In this document: piece by piece, positions 16,876-26,307 of the stretch
Numbering within the stretch: the first letter of the stretch is position 1
Layout: each line of letters begins with the position of its first letter
Assembly: GCA_038078615.1 (NCBI GenBank)
Contig: JBBTWT010000003.1
Location: 2,563-66,562 of the forward strand
DNA from: Patescibacteria group bacterium
GTDB lineage: Bacteria; Patescibacteriota; Minisyncoccia; Moranbacterales; UBA1568
Direction: 5' to 3'
Length of the DNA stretch: 64,000 nt
Translations under genes and position numbers: made by a program
Notes under the pieces: generated by a model
Seen by the model: the letters and a program-made list of their open reading frames with translations, nothing else
Databases searched by the model: none
Told to the model about the DNA's origin: nothing

Positions 16876-18858
16876 ATGAAACCCTCAGGACTGTATCGCT
16901 TGGAAATCGCACCTCTGGTCATCCTGCCACTCGGAAGATCGCCGTTTTTCAGTTATCTCTCCTCCGAACCGGTAGCCAGCGGGTCATATATGTCGATACC
17001 GTTCGGGAAACGCTCCATAGAAGGGGTGGTGTTCGGTTGCGCTCCCCTGCCCGGACGCGCGCCGACCTGGATGAAATTCGCCGGAGCGAGCATCGAAAAC
17101 GCCTTCCTCACGAAAGAGCAGCGAGAACTCGCCGAACACATAAGCCGAAAGTACTTCACGCCGCTCGGCAAAACACTCAGGCATTTCCTTCCGAAGCGCG
17201 CCAAGGCGAGACAACGGAAAGAAAAGTCTTTTGCAGAAACCCTCGAAAAACCGCGGGCGACGAAAGAAGAGACAGGCGCGCTCAAAAAATTCGCAGCGTT
17301 GAAAGATGGTGTTCCGGGATATGTCGATACATCTTCCGTAGAGGATCCTCGGCGGCTCTTCGCGCATCTCGCGAAAAACATCGCTTCCAAAAAACAACAG
17401 GCGCTGTTTCTGGTTCCGGAAACGACGCTCCTGCCGGAATGGGAAGCGGCATTGCTGCGGTATTTTCCCCGTGAAAAGATCATCGCGCTTTCCAGCCAAT
17501 TGGCGGATGGCCCGTATTTCGAAGCGTGGGAAAGGATCCGCTCCGGCACCGCAAGCATCATCCTCTCCACGCGTCAGGGACTCTTCGCACCATTCAGGAA
17601 TCTCGGCCTCGTGACGCTCCTCGAGGAACAGGATGAGAGCTACAAACAATGGGATATGAGTCCCCGCTACGATGGCAAGCGCGTGGCGGAACATCTCGCC
17701 GCGATACACGGCGCGAACTTCCTCCTCGCCTCGGGAACACCGGGCATCGAGAGCCGCTATCATCTTGGAAAAAAACAATATGTTCCTCTCTCTCCGATCA
17801 CCGAGACTCCCCCGCTTGCCGGAGCATTCGAGATCGTCAATCTGCGGCTGGAGCGTTTCAGGAAAAATTATTCCCCCCTCTCGCGGGCGCTCGCGGGCGC
17901 CATACGCGAGGCGCTTTCCGGACAGAAACAGGTTCTCCTCTACATCCATCGCCAGGGAATGAACGCCTTTTCCGTCTGCGAACACTGCAAGAATATCTTC
18001 CGCTGCCCGCAGTCCGGGCACGCCCTGACCGGCGACAAGGACGGGACATTCCGTTGTCTCGCCTGCAGTTACCGGTCCGGCTCTTTCCCGAGCTGCCCCT
18101 CCTGCGGCCATCTCTCTTTCCGTCATGTCGGATTCGGTACCGATCGCGTCGAGCGCGAAGTGATGGGGATGTTTCCCGGCGCGCGTACCTTTCGCGCGGA
18201 CGGATCGACGATGCGCGCGCCGGAAAGCGCCCGAAAACTGTATGAAAAAATCTCCGAAAACGATATCGATATCCTCATCGGAACCCAGATGATACTCAAA
18301 GGCCCCGTCTTGCCGAAACTCGCTTTGATTGGTATGATTGATGCGGACAGCCTGCTTTCCTTCCCCGATTTCCGAGCTGATGAGAAGCTCTTTCAGATTC
18401 TTGAGAGAGCCGTCAAACAGACGGGTGCTTTGGAGAAAAGCCGCAAAGGCAAGGTCATCATCCAGACATTCCATCCGGAAAGCACTTTTTTCCAAAGAAT
18501 AACCGCTCTCGATTCCGAAGCATTCTCAAACCAGATACTGACAGAACGCGAAGAGCTCGCCTATCCTCCGTTTTCCCGGCTGATCTCCATCATCTGTCAA
18601 GGGCATACGAAAAAAGAAACTGATGTTTCGGCACAAACATTGGAAGTCTCCCTCAGGGGACTGCTTCCGAAAGGAGATTCCCGATATCGCCTGAGCGCCC
18701 CGCAATCCGCCAAAAGGAAATTCTCCCGAAAAGCATTCGAGAGTACCCTCCTCCTGCGGATTCCCGATGACCGGCCGATTGCTGAAAATATCGATGCCTT
18801 TCTCCGAAAAAACAACACTGCATACATCATCGACGTCGATCCGCTCTCATTTTCCTGA
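16876..18858 (+). CDS. priA: primosomal protein N' (PriA) homolog with degenerate ATPase motifs
   Basis: Colinear with PriA: QALFLVPE, STRQGLFAPF, ESYKQ, ASGTPGIES, and the Cys-rich zinc region CEHCKNIFRCPQSGH...CLAC...CPSCGH. The Walker A position reads DTSSVEDPRRL and DEEH reads LEEQ. Confidence 0.8.
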   Translation: MKPSGLYRLEIAPLVILPLGRSPFFSYLSSEPVASGSYMSIPFGKRSIEGVVFGCAPLPGRAPTWMKFAGASIENAFLTKEQRELAEHISRKYFTPLGKTLRHFLPKRAKARQRKEKSFAETLEKPRATKEETGALKKFAALKDGVPGYVDTSSVEDPRRLFAHLAKNIASKKQQALFLVPETTLLPEWEAALLRYFPREKIIALSSQLADGPYFEAWERIRSGTASIILSTRQGLFAPFRNLGLVTLLEEQDESYKQWDMSPRYDGKRVAEHLAAIHGANFLLASGTPGIESRYHLGKKQYVPLSPITETPPLAGAFEIVNLRLERFRKNYSPLSRALAGAIREALSGQKQVLLYIHRQGMNAFSVCEHCKNIFRCPQSGHALTGDKDGTFRCLACSYRSGSFPSCPSCGHLSFRHVGFGTDRVEREVMGMFPGARTFRADGSTMRAPESARKLYEKISENDIDILIGTQMILKGPVLPKLALIGMIDADSLLSFPDFRADEKLFQILERAVKQTGALEKSRKGKVIIQTFHPESTFFQRITALDSEAFSNQILTEREELAYPPFSRLISIICQGHTKKETDVSAQTLEVSLRGLLPKGDSRYRLSAPQSAKRKFSRKAFESTLLLRIPDDRPIAENIDAFLRKNNTAYIIDVDPLSFS

Positions 18859-18863
18859 AACCT

Positions 18864-19361
18864 ATGCTGTCACTCGTTACCGGCGCTACAACCAAGATAC
18901 TGCTCAATAAAACCGAACGCGTGAAGGATCCCTTGGCCAAGGAGATCCGAGAATTGCTGCCCGAGATGATCGAAACGATGCGCAGGGAAAACGGCGTCGG
19001 CTTGGCGGCGCCGCAGATCGGACGGTCTCTCCGTCTCGCGGTGGCCGAGGTGGACGACACAGTGTATGTCCTCATCAATCCGGAGATCACCTCGTTTGCG
19101 CAGGAGAAGATAGTGTTCGAGGAGGGCTGTCTCAGTCTGCCAGGAGAATTCTTCCCCATCATCCGTTCGGAAGAAGTTGCCGTCCGCTATCAGAACGAGA
19201 AAGGCCTGCCGAAGAAGATGCGGGCGACCGGACTGCTCGCTATCGTCATCCAGCACGAAGTGGATCATCTCGAAGGCATCCTTATTATTGATCGTTACAA
19301 AAAACAACAACGTAAACGTACATCCTTGAGCAAAGAAAAAAAATATGTCCGCCTTGCTTGA
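18864..19361 (+). CDS. def: peptide deformylase
   Basis: Motifs GVGLAAPQIG, EGCLSLPG, HEVDHLEG. Confidence 0.95.
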   Translation: MLSLVTGATTKILLNKTERVKDPLAKEIRELLPEMIETMRRENGVGLAAPQIGRSLRLAVAEVDDTVYVLINPEITSFAQEKIVFEEGCLSLPGEFFPIIRSEEVAVRYQNEKGLPKKMRATGLLAIVIQHEVDHLEGILIIDRYKKQQRKRTSLSKEKKYVRLA

Positions 19362-20394
19362 TTTCGCCAGTTTTTCTACAAACAATAGTTCCAGGAAACA
19401 AAGCGCTCCCTCGTCAAAGAAAAGGGGTGCTGTCTGGTCCGATGCGCCGAAGATCCGCACGATATTCATGGGAACGTCGGAGTTGGCCGCATCTATTCTT
19501 TCGGGATTGGTGGCGGAAAAATACAATATCGTCTGTGTAGTGACCAAGCCGGACAAACCGGTTGGGCGCAGCCAGAAAATGACGGAAAGCGCTGTCAAAA
19601 AAAAGGCGCTCGAATACGGCTTGCCGATCGAACAGCCGCAGAAATTGGATCAAGAGGCGATTGAAAAAATAAAAACCATAAAACCCGATCTCATCATCGT
19701 TGCCGCTTATGGGAAGCTGCTGCCCAAGGCATTGCTCGAGATACCCGGTTTCGGCTGCGTCAATGTGCATGTTTCACTGTTGCCGGCGTGGCGCGGCGCG
19801 TCTCCGATCCAAAACGTCCTGCTCTCAGGCGCGAGTATCACGGGCGTCACGCTGATGCTGATGGACGAAGGCATGGATACGGGCGATATTCTGGCACAGA
19901 AAAAAGTCGAGATCGCTCCTGATGATACGACGGAATCCCTCAGCAAGCGTCTGACTGAGACCGGCCGCGACCTCCTGCTCGAAACGCTGCCGCTCTGGAT
20001 CAGACGAACGCTGTCACCCGTGCCACAGGACGGTTCCAAAGCCACCCTCTGCCAGCTCATCGAACGGGAAGACGGACATATCATATGGACGGATAGCGCC
20101 GAGAGCATCTACAATCGCTATCGAGCTCTTTTCCCCTGGCCTGGCATATTCTCTTTCTGGAAGAAAGACGGCGAGCTCTTGCGCTTGAAACTGCATCATA
20201 TCTCGTATCAGAGACAATCTCCGCAGACCGCGCATCCTATCGGTCAGGTATTCGAGGTGGGAGAGAAAGTCGGCATCCAGACGGGAGAAGGAGTGATCTT
20301 CCTCGAGGAAGTCCAATTGGAGGGAAAAACAAAGCTTCCAATCGCTGAATTTTTGTTGGGAAGCAAAGAAATCATCGGCAGTCTGCTACAATAA
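19345..20394 (+). CDS. fmt: methionyl-tRNA formyltransferase
   Basis: IFMGTSELA, HVSLLPAWRGASPIQ, C-terminal Fmt domain. The only in-frame start upstream of the conserved N-terminus is the ATG at 19345, giving a ~37-aa extension that overlaps the def end. Confidence 0.85.
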   Translation: MSALLDFASFSTNNSSRKQSAPSSKKRGAVWSDAPKIRTIFMGTSELAASILSGLVAEKYNIVCVVTKPDKPVGRSQKMTESAVKKKALEYGLPIEQPQKLDQEAIEKIKTIKPDLIIVAAYGKLLPKALLEIPGFGCVNVHVSLLPAWRGASPIQNVLLSGASITGVTLMLMDEGMDTGDILAQKKVEIAPDDTTESLSKRLTETGRDLLLETLPLWIRRTLSPVPQDGSKATLCQLIEREDGHIIWTDSAESIYNRYRALFPWPGIFSFWKKDGELLRLKLHHISYQRQSPQTAHPIGQVFEVGEKVGIQTGEGVIFLEEVQLEGKTKLPIAEFLLGSKEIIGSLLQ

Positions 20395-20409
20395 CCAATA
20401 GAGATACCT

Positions 20410-21231
20410 ATGGCATCTTCATACCGAAAGAATACGCGCGACAAACAGGTGCTCCTCATCGGCGCAATGCTCATCATTTCTGTGGGCGTTTATTTCATCA
20501 GCAAAAACCTTTTTTTTGATACTCCAAACATACAGCCTTCTGCATCCGGAACAATCGCCGATAAGCAAAAAGGCGTTCCTACCATAGCACCGGATATTTT
20601 GCTGCAAAAAATCCAAAGTGGCGAGAAAATAGCTATGGTAGATATACGGTCCGAAACATCTTTCAAAGGCGAGCATATCAAGAACGCGTTTTCTCTGTCG
20701 ATAAGCTCTTTGGGAAACTTCACCCCAGCCAAAGATGAGACAGTTGTCATCGTTTTTTCTGAAAATGATCCGGAGGTGTTCGATACGGCCAAAAACATAA
20801 TGCGCGAAAAATCGTTCGCGTACTTTTTCCTCGCCGGCGGATTTGAAGGATGGAAAGCGCAGAGCGCCCCGACGGTTTCTGTCGGCGACCCGAACTCCTT
20901 CCTTGATCAATCCAAGATAACATATATCAAGAGTGAGGAATACAAGAAGCTGGCTTCCGAAAGTGCCGCTCCCATTTTCATTCTCGATGTGCAGACAGAG
21001 GACAGTTTCAAGAAAAAACACCTGAAGGGCGCCGTGAATATCCCCCTCAACCTGCTGGAGAAACGGGTCGGAGAAATTCCGGCCGGCCGGCAGATCGTCG
21101 TCTACGGCGAGAACAGCCTCGCGTCGTTCCGAGGCGGCGTCCGTCTCTCCGATCTCGGCATCTTCACCGCGCGTACGCTCGAAGGTGATACTCATCTTTC
21201 TCCTGAATCAGGTCTGCCGCTGGAACCGTAG
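20410..21231 (+). CDS. membrane-anchored tandem rhodanese-domain protein
   Basis: N-terminal TM, then two rhodanese-like modules (MVDIRSETSFKGEHIKNA...; ILDVQTEDSFKKKHLKGAVNIP...). Confidence 0.65.
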   Translation: MASSYRKNTRDKQVLLIGAMLIISVGVYFISKNLFFDTPNIQPSASGTIADKQKGVPTIAPDILLQKIQSGEKIAMVDIRSETSFKGEHIKNAFSLSISSLGNFTPAKDETVVIVFSENDPEVFDTAKNIMREKSFAYFFLAGGFEGWKAQSAPTVSVGDPNSFLDQSKITYIKSEEYKKLASESAAPIFILDVQTEDSFKKKHLKGAVNIPLNLLEKRVGEIPAGRQIVVYGENSLASFRGGVRLSDLGIFTARTLEGDTHLSPESGLPLEP

Positions 21232-21259
21232 GAAATAATTTCAACGTATAATTGTCAGC

Positions 21260-21286
21260 AAAAACACGCTTATGAGGCGTGTTTTG
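21260..21286. terminator. bidirectional terminator between the rhodanese gene and groES
   Basis: AAAACACGC-TTATGAG-GCGTGTTTT, with an A-run before and a T-run after the stem. Confidence 0.7.
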
Positions 21287-21299
21287 TAACATTCAAAAA

Positions 21300-21575
21300 C
21301 TAGCTGATGACAGCCAAAATGTCCTTGTAGCTGGCGATGAGATATTCTTCTCCGCCGATCTTGATCTCTTCCCCGCCATAGCGCCTGAAAACGACTTTCT
21401 GACCGGCCTTGACCTTGATCTTGTCGCTTTCCCCCACTGCTATCACAGAGCCGAGCTGGGAACGCTCCTGGCTGGCCGTATCTGGCAGATAGATTCCGGC
21501 AGCGGTCTTCTGCTCCGGCTTTTCCGGATGAATCAGCACATTCTCTCCGAGCGGCCTGACATTCGTTTTTTTCAT
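21300..21575 (-). CDS. groES: co-chaperonin GroES
   Basis: 91 aa. VRPLGENVLI...AAGIYLPDTA...GSVIAVG...YGGEEIKIGGEEYLI. No groEL follows it in this window. Confidence 0.9.
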   Translation of the reverse strand: MKKTNVRPLGENVLIHPEKPEQKTAAGIYLPDTASQERSQLGSVIAVGESDKIKVKAGQKVVFRRYGGEEIKIGGEEYLIASYKDILAVIS

Positions 21576-21606
21576 AGGTGTTTCAGATTATCTTTTTATA
21601 CCTCCT

Positions 21607-21635
21607 AGTATAGAGAATATAAGCACTCACGTCAA
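21607..21635 (-). promoter_or_regulatory. groES promoter overlapping CIRCE
   Basis: Minus strand TTGACG (21635-21630), 17-nt spacer, TATACT (21612-21607). Confidence 0.5.
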
Positions 21636-21646
21636 TAGAGTGCCAA
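21620..21646. promoter_or_regulatory. CIRCE operator (HrcA binding site)
   Basis: TAAGCACTC-N9-GAGTGCCAA versus consensus TTAGCACTC-N9-GAGTGCTAA. Lies 45 nt upstream of the groES ATG. Confidence 0.85.
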
Positions 21647-21690
21647 CCACAGAAGGTTCCTTGCGGGCGAGAGGCTGACTCTAGAAGAGG

Positions 21691-22998
21691 TCAGATCTTC
21701 TGCTTGAGAATCTCCAGCGCCTTGTCGAGCTGCGGGTCGCGGCTATTGTCCAGATCGTCACGCGTGAGACTGACCTCGATATCCGGCGTGATGCCAACAT
21801 CGTTGATCTGATCTCCGGAGGGCGTCAGCCAGCGCGCCACGGTGATCTTGACGGAGGTGTCGCGGCCTACGGGAATGAGCTCCTGCACCGATCCCTTGCC
21901 GAATGATTTCTTGCCGACGAGCGTCACGTTGTCGCGGTTGTCCTTCAGGGCTCCGGCGAGGATCTCGGACGCGCTCGCGCTGCCTTCGTTGATGAGTACG
22001 ACAGTCTGTAGACTGGAGAGCATATCGCCTCCGCGCGTTTTCAGCTCTTTGCGTTCGCCCGCGGCATTTTCTTCCATCACCACTATCTTTCCTGCCGGTA
22101 ACATCAGGCTCGCAAGCTCAATGGATGTTTCGAGAAAACCACCCGGATTATTGCGCATATCAAGAATAAGTCTGGTAGCTTTCTTGTTGAGTACCTGTCT
22201 GACAGCTGCCTGAAATTCCCTTTCCGTATCTTCGCCGAAACGATTGACACGGATGTAGGCGATATCGTCTTCTAGCATCTCGAAGCGCACACTCTTTACA
22301 AGAATAACGTCCCGCTTGATAACAACCTCCCTCGACTCTTCATCGCCATTGTGAAAAATGGTCAACTTCACTTCCGTTCCCTTTGGCCCGCGGATTTTAC
22401 TGACCGCTTCCTCAAGCGACATATTCACCGTATTTTGTCCGTCTATCTTGAGTATCTTGTCCCCTGCCATCAGTCCGGCTTTTTCCGCCGGCATGCCTTC
22501 GAGCGGTGCGATAATGGTCAAAATGTCATTTTTGATACCCATTTCCGCGCCGATGCCCTCGAATGTGCCGGAGATGTCTTCCTGGAACGCCTTGTTCTCC
22601 TGCGGATCGAAGAAAGTCGTGTACGGGTCGCCGGTCGCGGCGAGCATGCCGTCGATAGCGCCATAGAACAGCTTGTGCGCGTCCAGCGCTCCCCGGTCGA
22701 CATATCTGTCCTTGAGCAGTCCCCAGACTTTCCAGAACAGCGCGAAATCGATGGTCTTGTCCTGGCTGTCCTTGTTGATGATGAAGGCTTCTTCCGGCGA
22801 GAGCGCGTTCTCGGATCGCGTGGCGGAAACGGGAGCGTCTTTGCCGCGCTCATACCCCGACCAGAACGCCGCTCCGATCAGGAAAATAACCAGAAAAAAA
22901 ACGAATGCTTTCTTGAAAAGCCTGTGTCCGCGCTCGTAGCGGAGCGTCTGTTCCGGCGCGCTGTCCGGTTGGGACGGCATCAGCGAAGGAGTATCCAT
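21691..22998 (-). CDS. S41 family C-terminal processing peptidase with PDZ domain
   Basis: N-terminal TM, PDZ (GMPAEKAGLMAGDKILKIDG), catalytic region GSASASEILAGAL and GKKSFGKGSVQ. Confidence 0.9.
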   Translation of the reverse strand: MDTPSLMPSQPDSAPEQTLRYERGHRLFKKAFVFFLVIFLIGAAFWSGYERGKDAPVSATRSENALSPEEAFIINKDSQDKTIDFALFWKVWGLLKDRYVDRGALDAHKLFYGAIDGMLAATGDPYTTFFDPQENKAFQEDISGTFEGIGAEMGIKNDILTIIAPLEGMPAEKAGLMAGDKILKIDGQNTVNMSLEEAVSKIRGPKGTEVKLTIFHNGDEESREVVIKRDVILVKSVRFEMLEDDIAYIRVNRFGEDTEREFQAAVRQVLNKKATRLILDMRNNPGGFLETSIELASLMLPAGKIVVMEENAAGERKELKTRGGDMLSSLQTVVLINEGSASASEILAGALKDNRDNVTLVGKKSFGKGSVQELIPVGRDTSVKITVARWLTPSGDQINDVGITPDIEVSLTRDDLDNSRDPQLDKALEILKQKI

Positions 22999-23010
22999 AG
23001 AGGTGCGTAT

Positions 23011-23847
23011 TTATTCCACGTGCGGCAGCGGCTTGCCCCAATACTTCCAGAAGTACTGCACAGCGCTCTTGATATGATACCAAGTGAGACGGTTGAAAAA
23101 AAGAGAACCAAAAAAGCCGCCCTTGGCGCTGCCCTTCCCATGATAGTGGTAAACGGATACTTTCGGATAATAGACGACTTTGTAGCCATTCTCCCAGAAA
23201 CGCCGGCACCAATCGACGTCTTCCATATACATATAGAAACGCTTGTCCATCGGCCCGACTCGCTCTACGGCCATTCGCGAAACCAATATCGCGGAGCCCA
23301 TCACCCAATCGACGCTTTTCGGCATTTGTTTGTCATATTTCGCCATCGTGAACCAGTCCAGGTGGCGTTTCGCGGACGGCAGCGTGCCAAGCCAGGTGCG
23401 CCGATACAGGATGGTGAGCAATCGATAGAAGCGGAAACAGCTCGGCTGCAGCGTCTCGTTGAAATTCAATTGTTTCGGACTCACCATTCCGATATCCGGA
23501 TGAGCCTTCAGATACTCGAGCATCTGAGGCACAGCGTCGGCCGTCAGGATGATATCGCTATTGATGAGAAAGATATATCTTCCGTACGCCTCCTCGAGAG
23601 ATTTGTTGACCATCGTCTTGAAGCCGACATTCTTTGCGAACGGAAAGAACCGCACGTGCGGAAATTCCTCCCGCATCAGCATCTCGGTATCTTCCTCAGT
23701 CGCGCTGTCGGTGACGATGGTCTCGTACGCTATGCCCGAGCCGGGCATATGCTCCGCGATCGATTGCAAACAAAGCCGGAGCAGTTCCGGACTTCTGTAC
23801 CCGTTGATGGCGATGGTAAGTTCTTTGGTTTCCATATTCCCCGCCAT
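23011..23847 (-). CDS. glycosyltransferase family 2
   Basis: GT-A signature: TIAINGYRS..., VTDSATEDT, FLINSDI, WVMGSAILVSR. The start overlaps the LCP stop (TAATG). Confidence 0.8.
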   Translation of the reverse strand: MAGNMETKELTIAINGYRSPELLRLCLQSIAEHMPGSGIAYETIVTDSATEEDTEMLMREEFPHVRFFPFAKNVGFKTMVNKSLEEAYGRYIFLINSDIILTADAVPQMLEYLKAHPDIGMVSPKQLNFNETLQPSCFRFYRLLTILYRRTWLGTLPSAKRHLDWFTMAKYDKQMPKSVDWVMGSAILVSRMAVERVGPMDKRFYMYMEDVDWCRRFWENGYKVVYYPKVSVYHYHGKGSAKGGFFGSLFFNRLTWYHIKSAVQYFWKYWGKPLPHVE

Positions 23848-25151
23848 TACGGATTGAGCGAGTTTCTGAAAAGTTCATGTATGCGATCGTAGTTGTCGCC
23901 GACAGGAAGAATGATGGAGCCGGCGCCCGGATATCTGTCTCTCTCAGGGAAATACAGCAGTCCGTTCTCTGAAGTATCGAGCACCTTCTGATTGATGTTG
24001 CCCGTATCTCCAGCCTTCTGATACAGATCGAACAGGCGCTTCATCTCCCAGGCTTCCATATTCGTACTCACATTGTTGCCGAGGCTGTCCATCATGGCGC
24101 TGACTTTGGAAAAATCGGTCAGTGTTCCGAGGCTGAGCGCTTTTTCCTTTATCAGCTTGATGATTTCCTGCTGGCGCTCGGCGCGGGCAAAATCGCTGGA
24201 AGTTTCTCGGGCGCGGGCATAGCAGAGCGCCTTGTCGCCATCAAGGAGATTTTCCCCGGCTGGCAGCTTGAAATTTCCGCTACACTCGAGCTCCGCAATG
24301 GCTTCCTGGGTCATCTTTTCGAAACAGAGCGGGTAGCGTTTCGGATTGGCGTAATAGGTGCCGTTTTTCCGCTGGATGCGCTTTTCTTCATATTCTCCTG
24401 AAAACACCGTATACTTTATGCCATCGCAACGCTTCTTCAAGCCGCGGAATTGCAGGCCTTCTTCGAATGGCTGATTGAGATTCACGGTCACTCCGCCGAT
24501 GGCATTCACGAGATCCTTGAACCCCTGAAAATTGATAGTGATCGCGTAAGGGATATCGAGACCGGTTATTTCTCCGACAATGGCCCGCATATCTTCCATA
24601 CCGCCCTTGTGCAGTTCCCGCTTTTCGCCTTCCGCATAGACCGCATTGATCTTGCTCTGCCAATCCTGCCTTGGAACCTTCACATAGAAATCACGAGGAA
24701 TGGATATGAGCGATGCGCGCGTCATGTCCTGATCATCCTGTTTCGGATGGAGAGAGAGCACTATGATCGTGTCCGCGAGCGATCCGCCTCCGACGACGCC
24801 TTCTCCGCGCATACCGAGAAGGAGGATATTGATGCGTCCCTCATCTTCACCGTCCAATTTCTTTTCCACGCCCGGCAAAGACTTCACGAGACTCTTGAAA
24901 ATATTCGCGTTGCCTCCGGAAATCTTGTTGAGGGTGACGCCCGTTTTCCACGCGAATACCGTGCCGGCGATGAGGAGAAGCGCCAGAAAAAAACCGGCTA
25001 TGCGCCAGGCGCGATGTTTTTTCGGCACTGTCGCTGCCTGAGAAAACTGTCCGTTATCCGTCTTTTTAAAAAAAAGCATAATGAAAACAAAAAAAAAATT
25101 ACCCGGAACTACGGTGCTATTTTGAGCTTGGTCAACGAATGACACTGTCAT
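23847..25151 (-). CDS. LCP (LytR-CpsA-Psr) family glycopolymer ligase
   Basis: TM, then INILLLGMRGEG, LADTIIVLS, ISIPRDFYVKVP. Alternative start at 25079 (MLFFKK). Confidence 0.85.
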   Translation of the reverse strand: MTVSFVDQAQNSTVVPGNFFFVFIMLFFKKTDNGQFSQAATVPKKHRAWRIAGFFLALLLIAGTVFAWKTGVTLNKISGGNANIFKSLVKSLPGVEKKLDGEDEGRINILLLGMRGEGVVGGGSLADTIIVLSLHPKQDDQDMTRASLISIPRDFYVKVPRQDWQSKINAVYAEGEKRELHKGGMEDMRAIVGEITGLDIPYAITINFQGFKDLVNAIGGVTVNLNQPFEEGLQFRGLKKRCDGIKYTVFSGEYEEKRIQRKNGTYYANPKRYPLCFEKMTQEAIAELECSGNFKLPAGENLLDGDKALCYARARETSSDFARAERQQEIIKLIKEKALSLGTLTDFSKVSAMMDSLGNNVSTNMEAWEMKRLFDLYQKAGDTGNINQKVLDTSENGLLYFPERDRYPGAGSIILPVGDNYDRIHELFRNSLNP

Positions 25152-26307
25152 ATGCGCTCAGCAGATGTGTCGCGCTTGCCTTCCAAGAATAGCGCTCTAC
25201 CCGCCCCTTTCCCGCTGATCGCAGCATCTGTCTCTGTTTTTGGTCAATACAAAGAGTATACAATTTTTCTTCGCAGCTGGCAAGGCTCGGGAGATCGGAA
25301 CGGACGTCGAAATAGAGCGCCGCATCCCCGCCGACCTCTCTCAGACTGGGGATATCCGCGGCCGCCACCGGCACTCCCTGACTCATCGCTTCCAGCATCG
25401 GGATGCCGAATCCCTCATAGAGCGACGGGAGCGCGAATATCGTGGCAAGGCGTATCACGTGAGGCAAGTCCTCCTGATCGATGAACCCGGGGAAGAGCAC
25501 CGCGTCTCCGAGACCGTGCGCGGCGATGGCCCGATCGATGGCCTGGTCGGTATGGCGGGCAGCGCGATTTCCGACGAGTACCAGCCCCATATCCGGCAGC
25601 CGCTTGCGAAGCGACGCGAACGCCTCGATGAGAAACGGGATATTCTTGCGCGGCTGCAGCGTCCCGACGGCGATGATGAACCGTTCCGGCAGGCGGTATT
25701 TCTCCCTGGTCGCGCGATCTCTCGCCTGGTCTTCCGGAACCGTCTCGAGGAACTCCTCCCCTATCGCGTTCGGGACGACGGCGATCTTGTCCGGATCGAT
25801 GCCGTAATACCTGACGATCTCGTCTCCGGTGAACCGCGATGGAACGATGACGCACGCGGCCCGCCTGAGCGAACGCGGAATGAAGAGCGACAAGAAGAGG
25901 CGGTCGGACCAACCGATCAGCTCCGGATGCGCCCGGAAAGAGACGTCATGGATATGCACGGCTATCTTGGTCCGGCGCGGCACGCACAGCGGCAGGATAT
26001 ACTGCGTGTGGAAGACGTCGATATGATTCTGAAAGAGATACTTCGGCAACACGAAGAGATTCCAGACGAAACGGTTTTTCGCGGGAAGCGAGACTATCCC
26101 GACGTTTTCCTGTCCGGCGCATCCGAGCCGGAGAGAGAGCGTCCGCAGCTTCTCGGCCACGGTTTCATCCGTCAGCAGGACATACCGGCTCTCTCTGTCT
26201 TGTTTCAGCGCTTCTTTCGTCAGATGGAAAAACACCATCTCGTCTCCGGTACGTTTTTTCCCCAACAGGCGGATGTCGATGGCGATCGTTTTTTCAGCTT
26301 TTATCAT
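25132..26307 (-). CDS. glycosyltransferase family 4
   Basis: GT-B C-terminal motif PSLYEGFGIPMLEAMSQGVPVAAADIPSLREVGGDAALYFD. Confidence 0.85.
   Translation of the reverse strand: MIKAEKTIAIDIRLLGKKRTGDEMVFFHLTKEALKQDRESRYVLLTDETVAEKLRTLSLRLGCAGQENVGIVSLPAKNRFVWNLFVLPKYLFQNHIDVFHTQYILPLCVPRRTKIAVHIHDVSFRAHPELIGWSDRLFLSLFIPRSLRRAACVIVPSRFTGDEIVRYYGIDPDKIAVVPNAIGEEFLETVPEDQARDRATREKYRLPERFIIAVGTLQPRKNIPFLIEAFASLRKRLPDMGLVLVGNRAARHTDQAIDRAIAAHGLGDAVLFPGFIDQEDLPHVIRLATIFALPSLYEGFGIPMLEAMSQGVPVAAADIPSLREVGGDAALYFDVRSDLPSLASCEEKLYTLCIDQKQRQMLRSAGKGRVERYSWKASATHLLSAYDSVIR

Noticed and set aside
19345-19455. The N-terminal ~37-aa extension of fmt as a separate feature or mis-start.
   Set aside because: No alternative in-frame ATG/GTG/TTG exists between 19345 and the conserved IFMGT block, so the extension is retained as part of fmt with a caveat.
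16046-23852. Shared 10-mer AATCCGTAAT at two stop/start junctions (16049-16058 and 23843-23852, both read on the minus strand), and shared 12-mer GTCACCTGCCCG at ~29084 and ~60785.
   Set aside because: Matches of 10-12 nt are expected many times by chance in 64 kb counting both strands. They are not treated as elements.
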